Source: a virus
Virus record (IMG/VR): IMGVR_UViG_3300035204_001665
Span: 1-64,000 of that record
Length of the DNA stretch: 64,000 bases
Strand: one strand, 5' to 3'
The translations under genes and the position numbers were made by a program. This document shows positions 49,940 through 60,400 of the stretch, in pieces (the first letter of the stretch is position 1; each line of letters opens with the position of its first letter). The notes under the pieces were generated by a model. It did no database searches. It saw nothing but the letters and a program-made list of their open reading frames with translations, and was not told the DNA's origin.

Positions 49940-50458
49940 TTAACTAGGATTCGTAGTGGGGCGGTTGAAATCTGTTCCAGCTCCATAGTCTCCAGCCGTA
50001 GTATCGTCCCCAGCGACCTGAAGGGGCGCAGAAGCCCTACGTTGATAAGCTGCAATTAGCTTGTCTAAGTCTTCCATCTCCGTTTTCTTGGCCGTTTGAT
50101 AGGTTTGGCTTTGCTGTATTTTGTTAACTCTTCTTACCGATGTGCCGTCGGTTGATATTTCGACCCAAGTGTCTGTAGAAGCCGCGCCAAGAGACTCTCT
50201 CAATTTGACGTCGTAATGATAAATCATATACATTTTCTTGAGAATATTAGCTTCATCTACACATATTTCTAATATAGCCCCAGATTTATCTACCGTTTTT
50301 ATTTCAAAATCAGTACTATCTATGTAAAAATCGGTATTAATTCTAGAATTTAATAATCCGATGTTTGTTCTTAACCAAAAAGTTATGGGAGGGATTGATA
50401 AAGTGGATGGTTCTCCTAATTCTACATATATCTCATTTGCAACGTCAACTACTTTCAT
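49940..50458 (-). CDS. Putative head-tail adaptor protein
   Basis: 172 aa, first gene of the connector operon, preceded by AGTGTAAT. Confidence 0.4.
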   Translation of the reverse strand: MKVVDVANEIYVELGEPSTLSIPPITFWLRTNIGLLNSRINTDFYIDSTDFEIKTVDKSGAILEICVDEANILKKMYMIYHYDVKLRESLGAASTDTWVEISTDGTSVRRVNKIQQSQTYQTAKKTEMEDLDKLIAAYQRRASAPLQVAGDDTTAGDYGAGTDFNRPTTNPS

Positions 50459-50494
50459 ATCTCTTTATATTACACTTAATAATTTCTTCTTCTA

Positions 50495-53095
50495 TTAGGG
50501 AAATTCATTTAGGTCGTCTGCGCTTTTGACTCTGCCAAGCGCATTGCAAGAATGAGGAGGCTGATTAGTAATGCCCCAGCCATTTTTTTGTGTACAAGCA
50601 TTTCCCGCATTAGACCAACATTTAGAATAAAACTTATCTTCATCGAATTTAAGTCTATTATCTAATAAGCAAACGGGCGTAGGCAAAACTGCCCAAGTAA
50701 AGTCTTTCCACGCAGACACTAACTTACAACACCCTCTTCCGCTATCAATTTTCGTGTATTTTCCCAAGGCGTCTTCTACATCGCCATTATCGACATCGTC
50801 TAGGAGGTCCCATTTGTCTACGGTAGTTCCGCCCCCATTCGCATAGCGACATTCAAATTTATATCTCATAATCTTTGTTGCTACACCATTAGGAAGCATT
50901 GATTGTACGTCGCGGCAACTGGTAGCGGTACGATTGCAGTATACTTTATCGGGATTTGCATTCTTATCAGCCTTATTTGTAGCACATTGTTTGCCCGCGC
51001 TAAATGCCCACCCATCATTTGTGAAATTCTGTTTCCCCCCAGCTTGCCTATAGCAGTCGGAAAGTGTTATGTCATTTATACAGCCTCCCCCTATGGTCAG
51101 TCTGCCGAGACGTTCGGTATTCGTTCCTCCTCCGCACCTTCCTATTCTACGACACTTCGGATCGCAGCACGCCCCCTTTTCGTCTGGAGGAGCGGGGCAA
51201 TTACAATTAACCATGGGCTTGCCCTCTTTATCGCTTGGGTCTGTTATTCCAGCGGGGACAACTCCTGCGCCATTTTGGCAATCACATATAGGTTTCTTCT
51301 TACATTCAGATTTTCCTACGCCATTGGCGTCATGCCATGTAAAACAGCAGTTGTAATCCGGTTGAGGGCACCCCTTAACTCCCTTGGGTATGCCGCCGAG
51401 ACCGAGTATCCCTAAAAGCGCTGCCCACGCGCCGCCTAATCCGCAGTCTTGCTTCACCCCGCATGCACTTCCACCGGTCCATGAGGATTTTTTCTTTTCG
51501 GGTCCCTTCTTTATTTTTTCGCAAGAATCTTTATCCATGTTGTCAGTGCACGTTCCATCTCCATGGCAGCATTTGCCCTTTTTGAGATTGCACTTTATTT
51601 TTCCAGTATAGCAACCCCCCGCTTCTCCCGAGACCCCGTCATCTCTTTTCCCTCCTAATTGTTCATCTAATCCGCAACAGTCCTTTAAAGAAGCGTATCT
51701 TTTTATCCAAGCCCAGTCTCCCGACCCCACGTACAAAGGATCTTTTACGTATACCGATTGTTTTCCACTTCCACTAATGTTATACCATCTACATAAATTA
51801 AGCTGCCAGTTGCTAGGGCTCGTGATTAAGTGAGCTTTGTAGCAAAATCCATCTCTGCCGAGAAAAGTAAAACCATGTGTCCCGCCCGCCGTGAACCCTT
51901 CGAATATAACCCTCGTGGTTGGATCGGTCTCATCACCTATTCTTCTGAAAAGTATCTTACCTTTTTTTACGGCGTTCCATATTTCTGCGCAATTTGACCC
52001 GCCGGGTAGAGGATCTACGTTGTCGTCGTCTCCGCACCTTTGTATCGATATTAGCATATCATAAGCACAAGTAAGGCAGTCTTTTTTATAGCTCCAACTA
52101 CCCCTAGGCTCATCAAGATGTAAAGCATCCTGTGCATTTGATACCCCGAGGGAAACATTCCAACAGCTCCAAGTATCTTCTCCTGCCCAGAATACGCTAC
52201 CGGCGGTCTGGTAGTGATTTCTCTGTCTATCCCAAATGTTTCCGTCTTGTTGTCTTAATATCTTAGTCGTATCTAACCTGTATTTCGCAGGTAAACATAT
52301 TTCCATTTTATAGTCTAGGCCTCCCGGTGTGCATGCAGGCTTTCCTCCGGGATCAAAAAGTCCCCCCGCAATATGATGAATAATTGTATCCTTCCATCCG
52401 CAGGCCCCCTGAATATGTGCATGACATGGACAAAAAGTATAGCAATTCGGACATTGTACCCCTAGCGCTGCCCATTCAGCTAGAGTCGGTGGAGCGCTAG
52501 GCCCAGCGGAAGGGTCCATTACATTATTCGGGTCAGGGGGCGCGGGCGGATTAGGGCATTGCCATCCATCACCCAGCTCAGATGTTTTAACTTTGTGAGT
52601 AACCAATCTAAAATATTGCGCATAGAAGTCTCGGCCTTTCCTAGCGGTATCCTCTACGTCCCACTCCTGCCAGTATCCACATATTCCATTAACCAAAACT
52701 CCCCCCATATCGCCACAATTAAAATTGCTCGGAGGAAGGGGGATGAATCTTTTTAATCTCTTCATTGTCGCACATGGATTACATCCCTTACTAACGCTTC
52801 CCTCTGGACTACATAAATACCACTTACCGCATAGTCCCTTAATTCTAGTAAACTCTGCCTGAGTTGTAGCCTGCCAACTTAGAGCACATTCATACCATGG
52901 CCCATGGATAGGGGCCTGTATTTGTATTTGTACCCCGTCCGGGCGCGTATGATTAATAGTTTGTTGTGGTTGCCCATTATAGTCACAATTATATTTTGCC
53001 CTATATTCATATAGGCACCAAACGTCAACCGTTTGATCTGGATCTTCCGGTTTACCGATCTCTTCACATAATTTATTTGTTTGTGCGTCAGGCAT
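50495..53095 (-). CDS. Cys/Trp/Gly-rich hypothetical protein
   Basis: 866 aa with very high Cys content, GKCC/GACC-type repeats and one Gly-rich hydrophobic segment. Confidence 0.7.
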   Translation of the reverse strand: MPDAQTNKLCEEIGKPEDPDQTVDVWCLYEYRAKYNCDYNGQPQQTINHTRPDGVQIQIQAPIHGPWYECALSWQATTQAEFTRIKGLCGKWYLCSPEGSVSKGCNPCATMKRLKRFIPLPPSNFNCGDMGGVLVNGICGYWQEWDVEDTARKGRDFYAQYFRLVTHKVKTSELGDGWQCPNPPAPPDPNNVMDPSAGPSAPPTLAEWAALGVQCPNCYTFCPCHAHIQGACGWKDTIIHHIAGGLFDPGGKPACTPGGLDYKMEICLPAKYRLDTTKILRQQDGNIWDRQRNHYQTAGSVFWAGEDTWSCWNVSLGVSNAQDALHLDEPRGSWSYKKDCLTCAYDMLISIQRCGDDDNVDPLPGGSNCAEIWNAVKKGKILFRRIGDETDPTTRVIFEGFTAGGTHGFTFLGRDGFCYKAHLITSPSNWQLNLCRWYNISGSGKQSVYVKDPLYVGSGDWAWIKRYASLKDCCGLDEQLGGKRDDGVSGEAGGCYTGKIKCNLKKGKCCHGDGTCTDNMDKDSCEKIKKGPEKKKSSWTGGSACGVKQDCGLGGAWAALLGILGLGGIPKGVKGCPQPDYNCCFTWHDANGVGKSECKKKPICDCQNGAGVVPAGITDPSDKEGKPMVNCNCPAPPDEKGACCDPKCRRIGRCGGGTNTERLGRLTIGGGCINDITLSDCYRQAGGKQNFTNDGWAFSAGKQCATNKADKNANPDKVYCNRTATSCRDVQSMLPNGVATKIMRYKFECRYANGGGTTVDKWDLLDDVDNGDVEDALGKYTKIDSGRGCCKLVSAWKDFTWAVLPTPVCLLDNRLKFDEDKFYSKCWSNAGNACTQKNGWGITNQPPHSCNALGRVKSADDLNEFP

Positions 53096-53136
53096 TCTTT
53101 TAATTATATCATATTTTTGTCTCTATGTCTTACGGT

Positions 53137-56100
53137 TTAATTGCCGTCAATTACCCAAACTGCGCAAGTATCATCTGCGGGACTGCCACAGACCGCGGGG
53201 CAGCCACTCATGTCGTCGCAAAGGTAACAAACATCCTGATAGCATACTAAATCACCCAGAGTATAGTCGGATCCGGATGACCACGCAGGCCCGCAACTAG
53301 AATCACATCCTCCCCCGTCGCCGCAACTATCACAATCTCCATTTGCATCTACTTGCCCCGTGAACACCCATTCTGCGTCGTGAGTCGCCGAGTAATCAGT
53401 ATCATCTTCGACCCACATGCATTCATATTCTTCCGTCTCACAATTCTGAACGGTAAAGTATCCACCCTCGTTACTCGTCACAAAATTATCAGCTAGCCCA
53501 TTAATAATACATATATAATGCGTGCCCCCTGTTGGATTATTACCCGCACCGCTATCTTCACATAATTCTCCTGCGTATACCTTGGTGTTGCCTGTTTTAC
53601 ATTGGCATAATTGAGATTGCGCCCCCGAATAAACGTCCGTAGCCGATGCTGTACCGGTTTTCCAATCGCGGGAGGCAGAGGGAGTTGCGCTTATCGTGGC
53701 AGTCGGTGTCGGCGTTTCCGTTATCGAAGCGGTTGCCGTATCCGTTGGGCAACTTTGACAAGAAGAGATTATATACCTGTCTCCCGCGGCATAACTATCC
53801 TGCGCGCCATTATCGTATCCGGCCCAAGCAATACTACTGACCTCATACGTTCCCCCATTCGCGGATATTACAATATTACCATTGACTAGAATATCATTTG
53901 TGGGATGATGGTTAGTTATCTTAAATAATTGCGTAATCGTCGAAAGGTCCACCTCATCACTACAGTTACTATGTTGATTGAACCATACTCTAAATTTTCT
54001 ATTATCGTTAAAATGTTTACATGAGGTCGAAGTGACCTTCTCTGGGCTCTCTGGAGTATTACTACACCCAGCGTGCGCATCATGATTTAACTTTATTTCC
54101 CACTGCCCGCCACCGATCTTATTGCCCTGAGCACTCGTATTTCCATACCATACCGTTTTAGTTGCTTCATCACAGCCGTCGTAAGTCTTTAAATATATGT
54201 CTAAGTCTGATATTCCGCTCCAACCAAGGGAGGCTTCTACAGAGTAGTCACAAGTATCGTCTATAGCACAAGCGGTCTCTGATGCCGTATGAGTTACCGT
54301 ATACGGATTAGAGGCAGTGTGGCTTGCAGTTTGCGTTTGAGATGGAGTGGGGGTAATATCACTGGATTCCGTGGCAGATGCAGTAAACGATGCGGTGATG
54401 AAGCCAGTAGCGCTTGAGGTAGGAGATTCAGTTATTGATGCGGTTGGGGTAAACGACGCGGTTTGTGACAGCGTAGCTGTCGCCGACAAAGTAGCAGACT
54501 CGGTAGCCGTAGCACTAGCGGTTCCAGTTTTTGTTGCCGTTTCTGTGAGTTCGGAGGCTGTGGCTGAGATTGTGTGCGAAACCGATGCGCTCGGACTTGC
54601 AGAAGCAGTTCTGGTAAATGATGCACTCGGAGTGACAGATTCCGATGCAGACGGTGTAATGCTTTCAGTTGCGGATGCAGTAACGGTTCGGTGAGCGCTT
54701 GCACTTGCGGTTGCGCTGGCCGTCTCTGTCGAAGTTCCACTAGCTGTTTCTGATGGAGTTGCAGAACCTGTCCCCGTAACCGAAGGGGAAGCAGTTATAG
54801 ATAAAGTTGGCGTTACCGAGACAAGGGTCGCCGATGGGGTTGCGGTTGCGGAGACCGTAGGGCCAGTAGCACTTGGAGTAGGAGATTTACTTATTGAGAC
54901 GGTTGGTGTTACGCTATCGGTTGCAGACAAAGTAGCCGAAATAGTTGCACTGGCCGTGGCTGTATCTGTTTGGCAACAGTAACATTCAACCCAATAGTCA
55001 CTTGAGGCCGGCAAGAAATTCTGCCCTCCACCGATCATATTATACGGATGGGGCGGATTACCAGTATCCATAATGGAAGACCAAACCAATTGTGCCTTTT
55101 TCCATGGAGACAAAGGCGCTACTGCTTGGAACTCAAATGTTTGATCTAACCAGCCCCAGTCCCCGTTCCCAGCTTGGGTTATCAACGCACTAAAATCAAG
55201 ATTTTGCTTAAGCGTCCAGCATCTCTCTAGGTGGAAAGAGGCCTTCAGAACTTGCCCTGTGCCCATCGGAGAAGCCGGAGGCACGGAGCCTTCCTGATAG
55301 TCCCCAGTAAGAGGATCACGTGGAAAAGAAAACTGATTCGTATCAAAATCGTCGAAAAGCACCGGCTCGCAACAACCCTCTGACGCGGATGGTGTTGGCG
55401 AGATGGTCGCGGTAGCAGTACCGGGTGAGGGCGTGGCGCCCTCGCAGTCTTCGCAATCATCATGAGTCGTCAAATTTGGATCGACCTCGCTTAGATCATT
55501 ATGAGTAGTATGATTATTTAAAGTATCCCATATATATTGATGGAAAGGAATCAGCCCCGCAGAGTTACGACCCATATCTCTTTCTACTGAATTATTCGGT
55601 GCGCTATCTGCATACTGAGGAGAACTGGGACTGTTCTGATTATAAGTTATAAGCGGAAAATCCGTCCAAGGTTCATCTACGTGGAACTGTCCATCGTAAC
55701 AGTCTCCCGATATTTTTATTACATTATTTCCTATTGTGTCAACGAAGTTATCAGTAGCATAAGTTCCGTTTAGTAGAAAAGAAATATTTCCAACGTTACT
55801 CACCGGACAAGCTTTTAAACCTACTAAGGCCACCTGATTGTCTGGGGCAGTGAGAGAAACTGTGGCCGTCGCAGTTTCCGTAACTCCATGAAGACATTCG
55901 TGACAGTCTGTGTAAGATTGAAAGGTAGAATCATAATCAGCTAAATCGTCAAATATAGATTTTGAACCGACGCTTCTGACTTGATCATACATCTGTTGGT
56001 GTATGGGAAGCAATCCGACACGATTTACCCCTCGGTCTCTTAAGAAGTCATTATTTATTGAATCATCGCAGTATTGTGGCTGATTACTATCATCTATAAA

Positions 56101-57414
56101 AATTAATGGGACTTCCGTAATCCCGCCATGATAATAAGTTTCCCCGTTATAGCAGCCTGAGCCTTCAGATGAGCTTCCTATTTCTAAAGTAGTATTTCCG
56201 ACCAAGCTCGTATATGAAGTATTTGCGTTTGCCTTATCTAGCAACAAAGCAAAATGATTAATAGTATATGGATCTTCGTGAGGACACACCGGCAGACCGA
56301 ACAGAGCAATACATTCTTCTTCCACCGCTTCGCTGGCGCTAGCCGACGGGGTAAGCGTTGCAGACTTAGTCGCAGACGCCGTTGCTGACGCAGTCCTAGA
56401 TGCGCTAGCTGTCGCCGTTATTGTGCACGTCGGCATGGCCGTAGGCGTATCAAAAATACATTCTGAGTTAGTAAGATTACCGTCGCAGCCTTCAAAACCG
56501 ACCGCGCATTCGCCGCTAACGCCTACTATTTGTGCATCTCCATCCGAGCCAACGGCACAAGTTGAATTTAAGTTATCAATAGCCTTATCGGTTAGCTGAG
56601 TCATGGGATCCCCAACCAAATACTCTGCATAAAAAAGGTTACCAAATTCATGACTATCTCCCGCATCATAAGCGGCTTTAAATATAAAAGCACCCGTATA
56701 TCTACATGTTTGAGGGGGAGTACAATCATCCTTCTGTATATCAAATTCGTAATCTGGATCAAATTTTAATTCTGCCCATAGTTTCGCGTGGTGAACTGAG
56801 TTCGTGACATTTGGTCCGGCACATTCACAACTCCCGCCGTTCGTGGCATTTTCATCTGCCGAAAAGTCTCTTTGGTAATAGACTCCATAGTCGCAGTCTT
56901 GATAAACCCACTTAATCCAATCTTCGCCCGACCCCGCCTGATGCAATACAAAGTTATTATTTAAAACGCCATTAAGCGGAGCGTTTGGGTTTGTAAGCTC
57001 TTCTATTTTTCTATAAGCGTCATCTTGCACGCATCCCCCCGTGCACAAAATAATATTCGTAAAGTCAAGAAAGATATCTTCCGTATGTGCCTTAATGAGA
57101 TCTATAACATTTTCTGTAACTTCGAAATCCCAAGTTAAATTTGATCCCGCGCTCCATTCTGCGGCAGCAGTTGTCGTAGCCCTTCCCGGCCTTAGTGAGT
57201 TCTCTTCTATGTAGGCCGTAACGTTATAGCTGATTTGATATTTCCCTTTTGGAGTGTCTTTCGTAATCCAGACTTCCCCAGTGTCTTCATCATAGCCTGC
57301 GCCTTCCGGTAGGTTAAATACCTTATACTTATAAGACAAACCGGAACTATGATCCTCGTCACCGAGAACCTGTATCGTGTAAATCACTTTTTTTGGTATG
57401 TCGCAACAACTCAT
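53137..57414 (-). CDS. Large modular Cys-rich, Ser/Thr-linker protein
   Basis: Two duplicated ~150-aa modules, a ~230-aa S/T/A tract, a DUF2135/YfaP-like motif (LGWSGISDLDIY..WYGN..PE) and a C-terminal CBM5/12-like module (AWSSGSDYTLGDLVCY). Confidence 0.75.
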   Translation of the reverse strand: MSCCDIPKKVIYTIQVLGDEDHSSGLSYKYKVFNLPEGAGYDEDTGEVWITKDTPKGKYQISYNVTAYIEENSLRPGRATTTAAAEWSAGSNLTWDFEVTENVIDLIKAHTEDIFLDFTNIILCTGGCVQDDAYRKIEELTNPNAPLNGVLNNNFVLHQAGSGEDWIKWVYQDCDYGVYYQRDFSADENATNGGSCECAGPNVTNSVHHAKLWAELKFDPDYEFDIQKDDCTPPQTCRYTGAFIFKAAYDAGDSHEFGNLFYAEYLVGDPMTQLTDKAIDNLNSTCAVGSDGDAQIVGVSGECAVGFEGCDGNLTNSECIFDTPTAMPTCTITATASASRTASATASATKSATLTPSASASEAVEEECIALFGLPVCPHEDPYTINHFALLLDKANANTSYTSLVGNTTLEIGSSSEGSGCYNGETYYHGGITEVPLIFIDDSNQPQYCDDSINNDFLRDRGVNRVGLLPIHQQMYDQVRSVGSKSIFDDLADYDSTFQSYTDCHECLHGVTETATATVSLTAPDNQVALVGLKACPVSNVGNISFLLNGTYATDNFVDTIGNNVIKISGDCYDGQFHVDEPWTDFPLITYNQNSPSSPQYADSAPNNSVERDMGRNSAGLIPFHQYIWDTLNNHTTHNDLSEVDPNLTTHDDCEDCEGATPSPGTATATISPTPSASEGCCEPVLFDDFDTNQFSFPRDPLTGDYQEGSVPPASPMGTGQVLKASFHLERCWTLKQNLDFSALITQAGNGDWGWLDQTFEFQAVAPLSPWKKAQLVWSSIMDTGNPPHPYNMIGGGQNFLPASSDYWVECYCCQTDTATASATISATLSATDSVTPTVSISKSPTPSATGPTVSATATPSATLVSVTPTLSITASPSVTGTGSATPSETASGTSTETASATASASAHRTVTASATESITPSASESVTPSASFTRTASASPSASVSHTISATASELTETATKTGTASATATESATLSATATLSQTASFTPTASITESPTSSATGFITASFTASATESSDITPTPSQTQTASHTASNPYTVTHTASETACAIDDTCDYSVEASLGWSGISDLDIYLKTYDGCDEATKTVWYGNTSAQGNKIGGGQWEIKLNHDAHAGCSNTPESPEKVTSTSCKHFNDNRKFRVWFNQHSNCSDEVDLSTITQLFKITNHHPTNDILVNGNIVISANGGTYEVSSIAWAGYDNGAQDSYAAGDRYIISSCQSCPTDTATASITETPTPTATISATPSASRDWKTGTASATDVYSGAQSQLCQCKTGNTKVYAGELCEDSGAGNNPTGGTHYICIINGLADNFVTSNEGGYFTVQNCETEEYECMWVEDDTDYSATHDAEWVFTGQVDANGDCDSCGDGGGCDSSCGPAWSSGSDYTLGDLVCYQDVCYLCDDMSGCPAVCGSPADDTCAVWVIDGN

Positions 57415-60400
57415 CTAAGATTTATCCTCGCATTATAAACCGGATAGTAATAAGGTCTATACCATCTATATTGATACCAGTACCATTGGTAATAGTACCA
57501 ATTCCAATACCAATTACCCCACCAATACCAAGGGTAATAAGGATACCCATACCACCCATAGCAATCATTCTGCCCCGGCATGTGTGTATTAAAAACAGAC
57601 CAAGGGCTCATTATCTGAGGTACGTCAGCAAAGACTACAGAATAGGTTACTGAAGTCTTTTTTGCTCCGGCAAAGTTATTCGGGCCCGGTAGATTACTGT
57701 AAATCTCTATCGTTATGTTATGATTCTTATTCGGAAAAGCATTCCTATCGGCCATAATTCTAATGGTATTGTAATAAATAGTAAAACCTGCTCCTTGATA
57801 ATAAATGTATCCCGAATAAGGAGTATACCCAGTTAGCGGTTGACCGTCTTTAAGTATTCGATAATACGAACAAGATGTACCCCAAAAAGGATAGATACTA
57901 AAATATCCAGACCAATAAGTGGGACTATAATAATAGTATGACTCAACCTGCCCAGTCCACCAATTCCAATAACACTGCCTATACCTCCAGAATGCTGCGG
58001 TTGTTCCTCCCCAGCCAGATGATATGGTTACTGCTCGATTGTTTCTTACGTGGATGGTTGTAGATAGACGGGACGTGCCGCATTCGCTTTTGAAGTCTAC
58101 AGTAATTACGTCTCCATGCTGAGGGGTATATATATCTTTTGTTATAATTAATTTATCTGGCTTGTACCAGTAGTTAGTAGAGTATTCATATCTCGCAGAT
58201 TTATAGCTTCCACTAATGGTTATATTATCTGTATACCCTCTACGATACCTTGACATCATGGCTGCTCCCGGAGGGGTATTTCTATTTCCATAGAATTGAT
58301 AAACTAATTGGTAATCGTTATGGCAACCATTGGTCGTAACTATAGAACTTGTGCAGTAATTTCCTCTGCGTTGTGCTTGCCAATCTGGGCACCCATAAGA
58401 GACAGTCGGAGCTTGACAAGCGGGGTAATTAATATAAAATATTACATAAGTATATTTTGTTTCTGAACATCGTTTCGCGTCTTTTCCATTGCCATAATTT
58501 TTATAACTTATCCTACAATAAATATAAGTATTTGTGCTATGAGTTAAAGTAAATGTTCTACTTGGCCCTCCCGAGTGCCACACTTCTCCCAAGCTCGGGG
58601 TATACCAGTGGTATTCCAAGCCTCCTGTATTTTTTATGAAAGGATTTCGATCCAATGCGGTCACCGAAAATACTTGAGTTATACTGGGCTGAGAACTTCT
58701 GACGGTATAGTGGGCCGTCCATTGGTCATATTCACTCCACCAGCCAGTGTACTGCCTTCTTAACCATCGGGTCATAGTTAAATTACTGTTAGAAGAGGGG
58801 GTTACCCTAGTTATCCACGGAGCAAGTAGTTTTGGCGAATCCACGCACAGGCCCTTCGTAGCTGTACTAGTACCTGTCGGGCCATAAGGACTTGTCGCAC
58901 TAGGCGTAAAAGTAAGTGGAGCAGTCTTTGTCGCTGATGCCGTTACTGTCTCGGTCGCTGTGACCGTTAGTGTTCCTGTCCCCCCGCAATAACAGTCGGG
59001 GTGGAATGTGGGTGGATTGAACTCCGTGAAGGTATCTAGAGCCGTCTGCTCAATGGTACCTCCCCCATTTGGATTAGCATCCCCCCCATTGACTTCAGAA
59101 ATAATTTTCATACAATTTAACATCCCGCCCATGCCTCCATATGCGGCGAGAATAGTATATTGACCTATCGGTAACTCTATGTAGCTACCAACATATACAT
59201 AATCTGTAGGGCTACTAGAGCAATCCCCATTGAGCTGAACGTTTACTGGGATACGATTCGGATCAATACTTACGCACGGACAGAGTTTCCAGTAACGAGT
59301 ATAAGTGGTAGGTGTCGCAGAAGCTGTACCAGTGTAAGTATGAGTAGATAAGGTCTGTGTTGGAGTCGCCGAAACTGTCCCCGTCTTCGTCGCGGTCGCA
59401 GTTAATGAACTAGTTACCGTCGGAGTTAGTGAGACAGTCGCGGTCGATGTCCTCGTAAACGTTGCTGTGTGAGTCGCTGTCCCCGAGGGAGTGTCGGTAG
59501 CCGATGCAGTAACAGATCCGGTTGCTGTGTGAGTGAACTCACAGAAACACATGTAAGACCAAGCGCTAAGAACGGTGAGGTTCTCGTTAAAATATACTCT
59601 TACGAGCTCGCCCTGATGGAACCAATTTTCGACGGCACCGAAAGACGTGATTTCATAATAATAACGAGTTCCGCCAACAATAAAATAAACACAATCTCCT
59701 GTTTTATACTTGCTTACTTGATCTGCATAAACGTATATCCAATTTTTAACGCCCCGCCATCCGAGGTGCTGTGAATTTGGGTCACTCCAAGTATATTTAC
59801 CCCACCAATTTCCCGAACAATCCGGGCAACTAACGACCTTGGAACAAGAGGGCACGGTATGGGTGGCAGTGATAGTATGCGTACTCGTTCCAGATCGAGT
59901 TGCCGTATGCGTTCCCGTTTTTGTTAGAGATATGGTCGGTGTGGGAGTAGCCGTAATGGTAGGCGTGGTTGTGGCAGAAACGGTATGCGTATGAGTAAAT
60001 TCGCAGAAACACATTTCTGTAAATCGGGGCATGTAGGCAGTAGTATTAGATACTAGGTTCAAGGGAACCACAGACACCGTTCCGATGGTAGGCACGGTCG
60101 CATTAAAAGGAGCCCCTATAGAATGAACTTGATGATAGTAACGTACTCCGTTTACGGTAAAATGAATACATGATCCGTCGGGATATCTATGGGCCTCACT
60201 TTCTCGGATAATAACAGAATTTTGAGGGTTATTATTATTGTGAGCAGAAAATAATATTTCCGAACACGGAGGTACAGAATGAGTTGGAGTCGGCGAAATC
60301 GTAGGAGTTGAAGTCAGTGAAATCGTTGGGGTCACAGTAGCTGTCTTAGACAACGAAGAAGTGATACTAGCTGTTGGGGTTGGTAGATAACAGATTTTAT

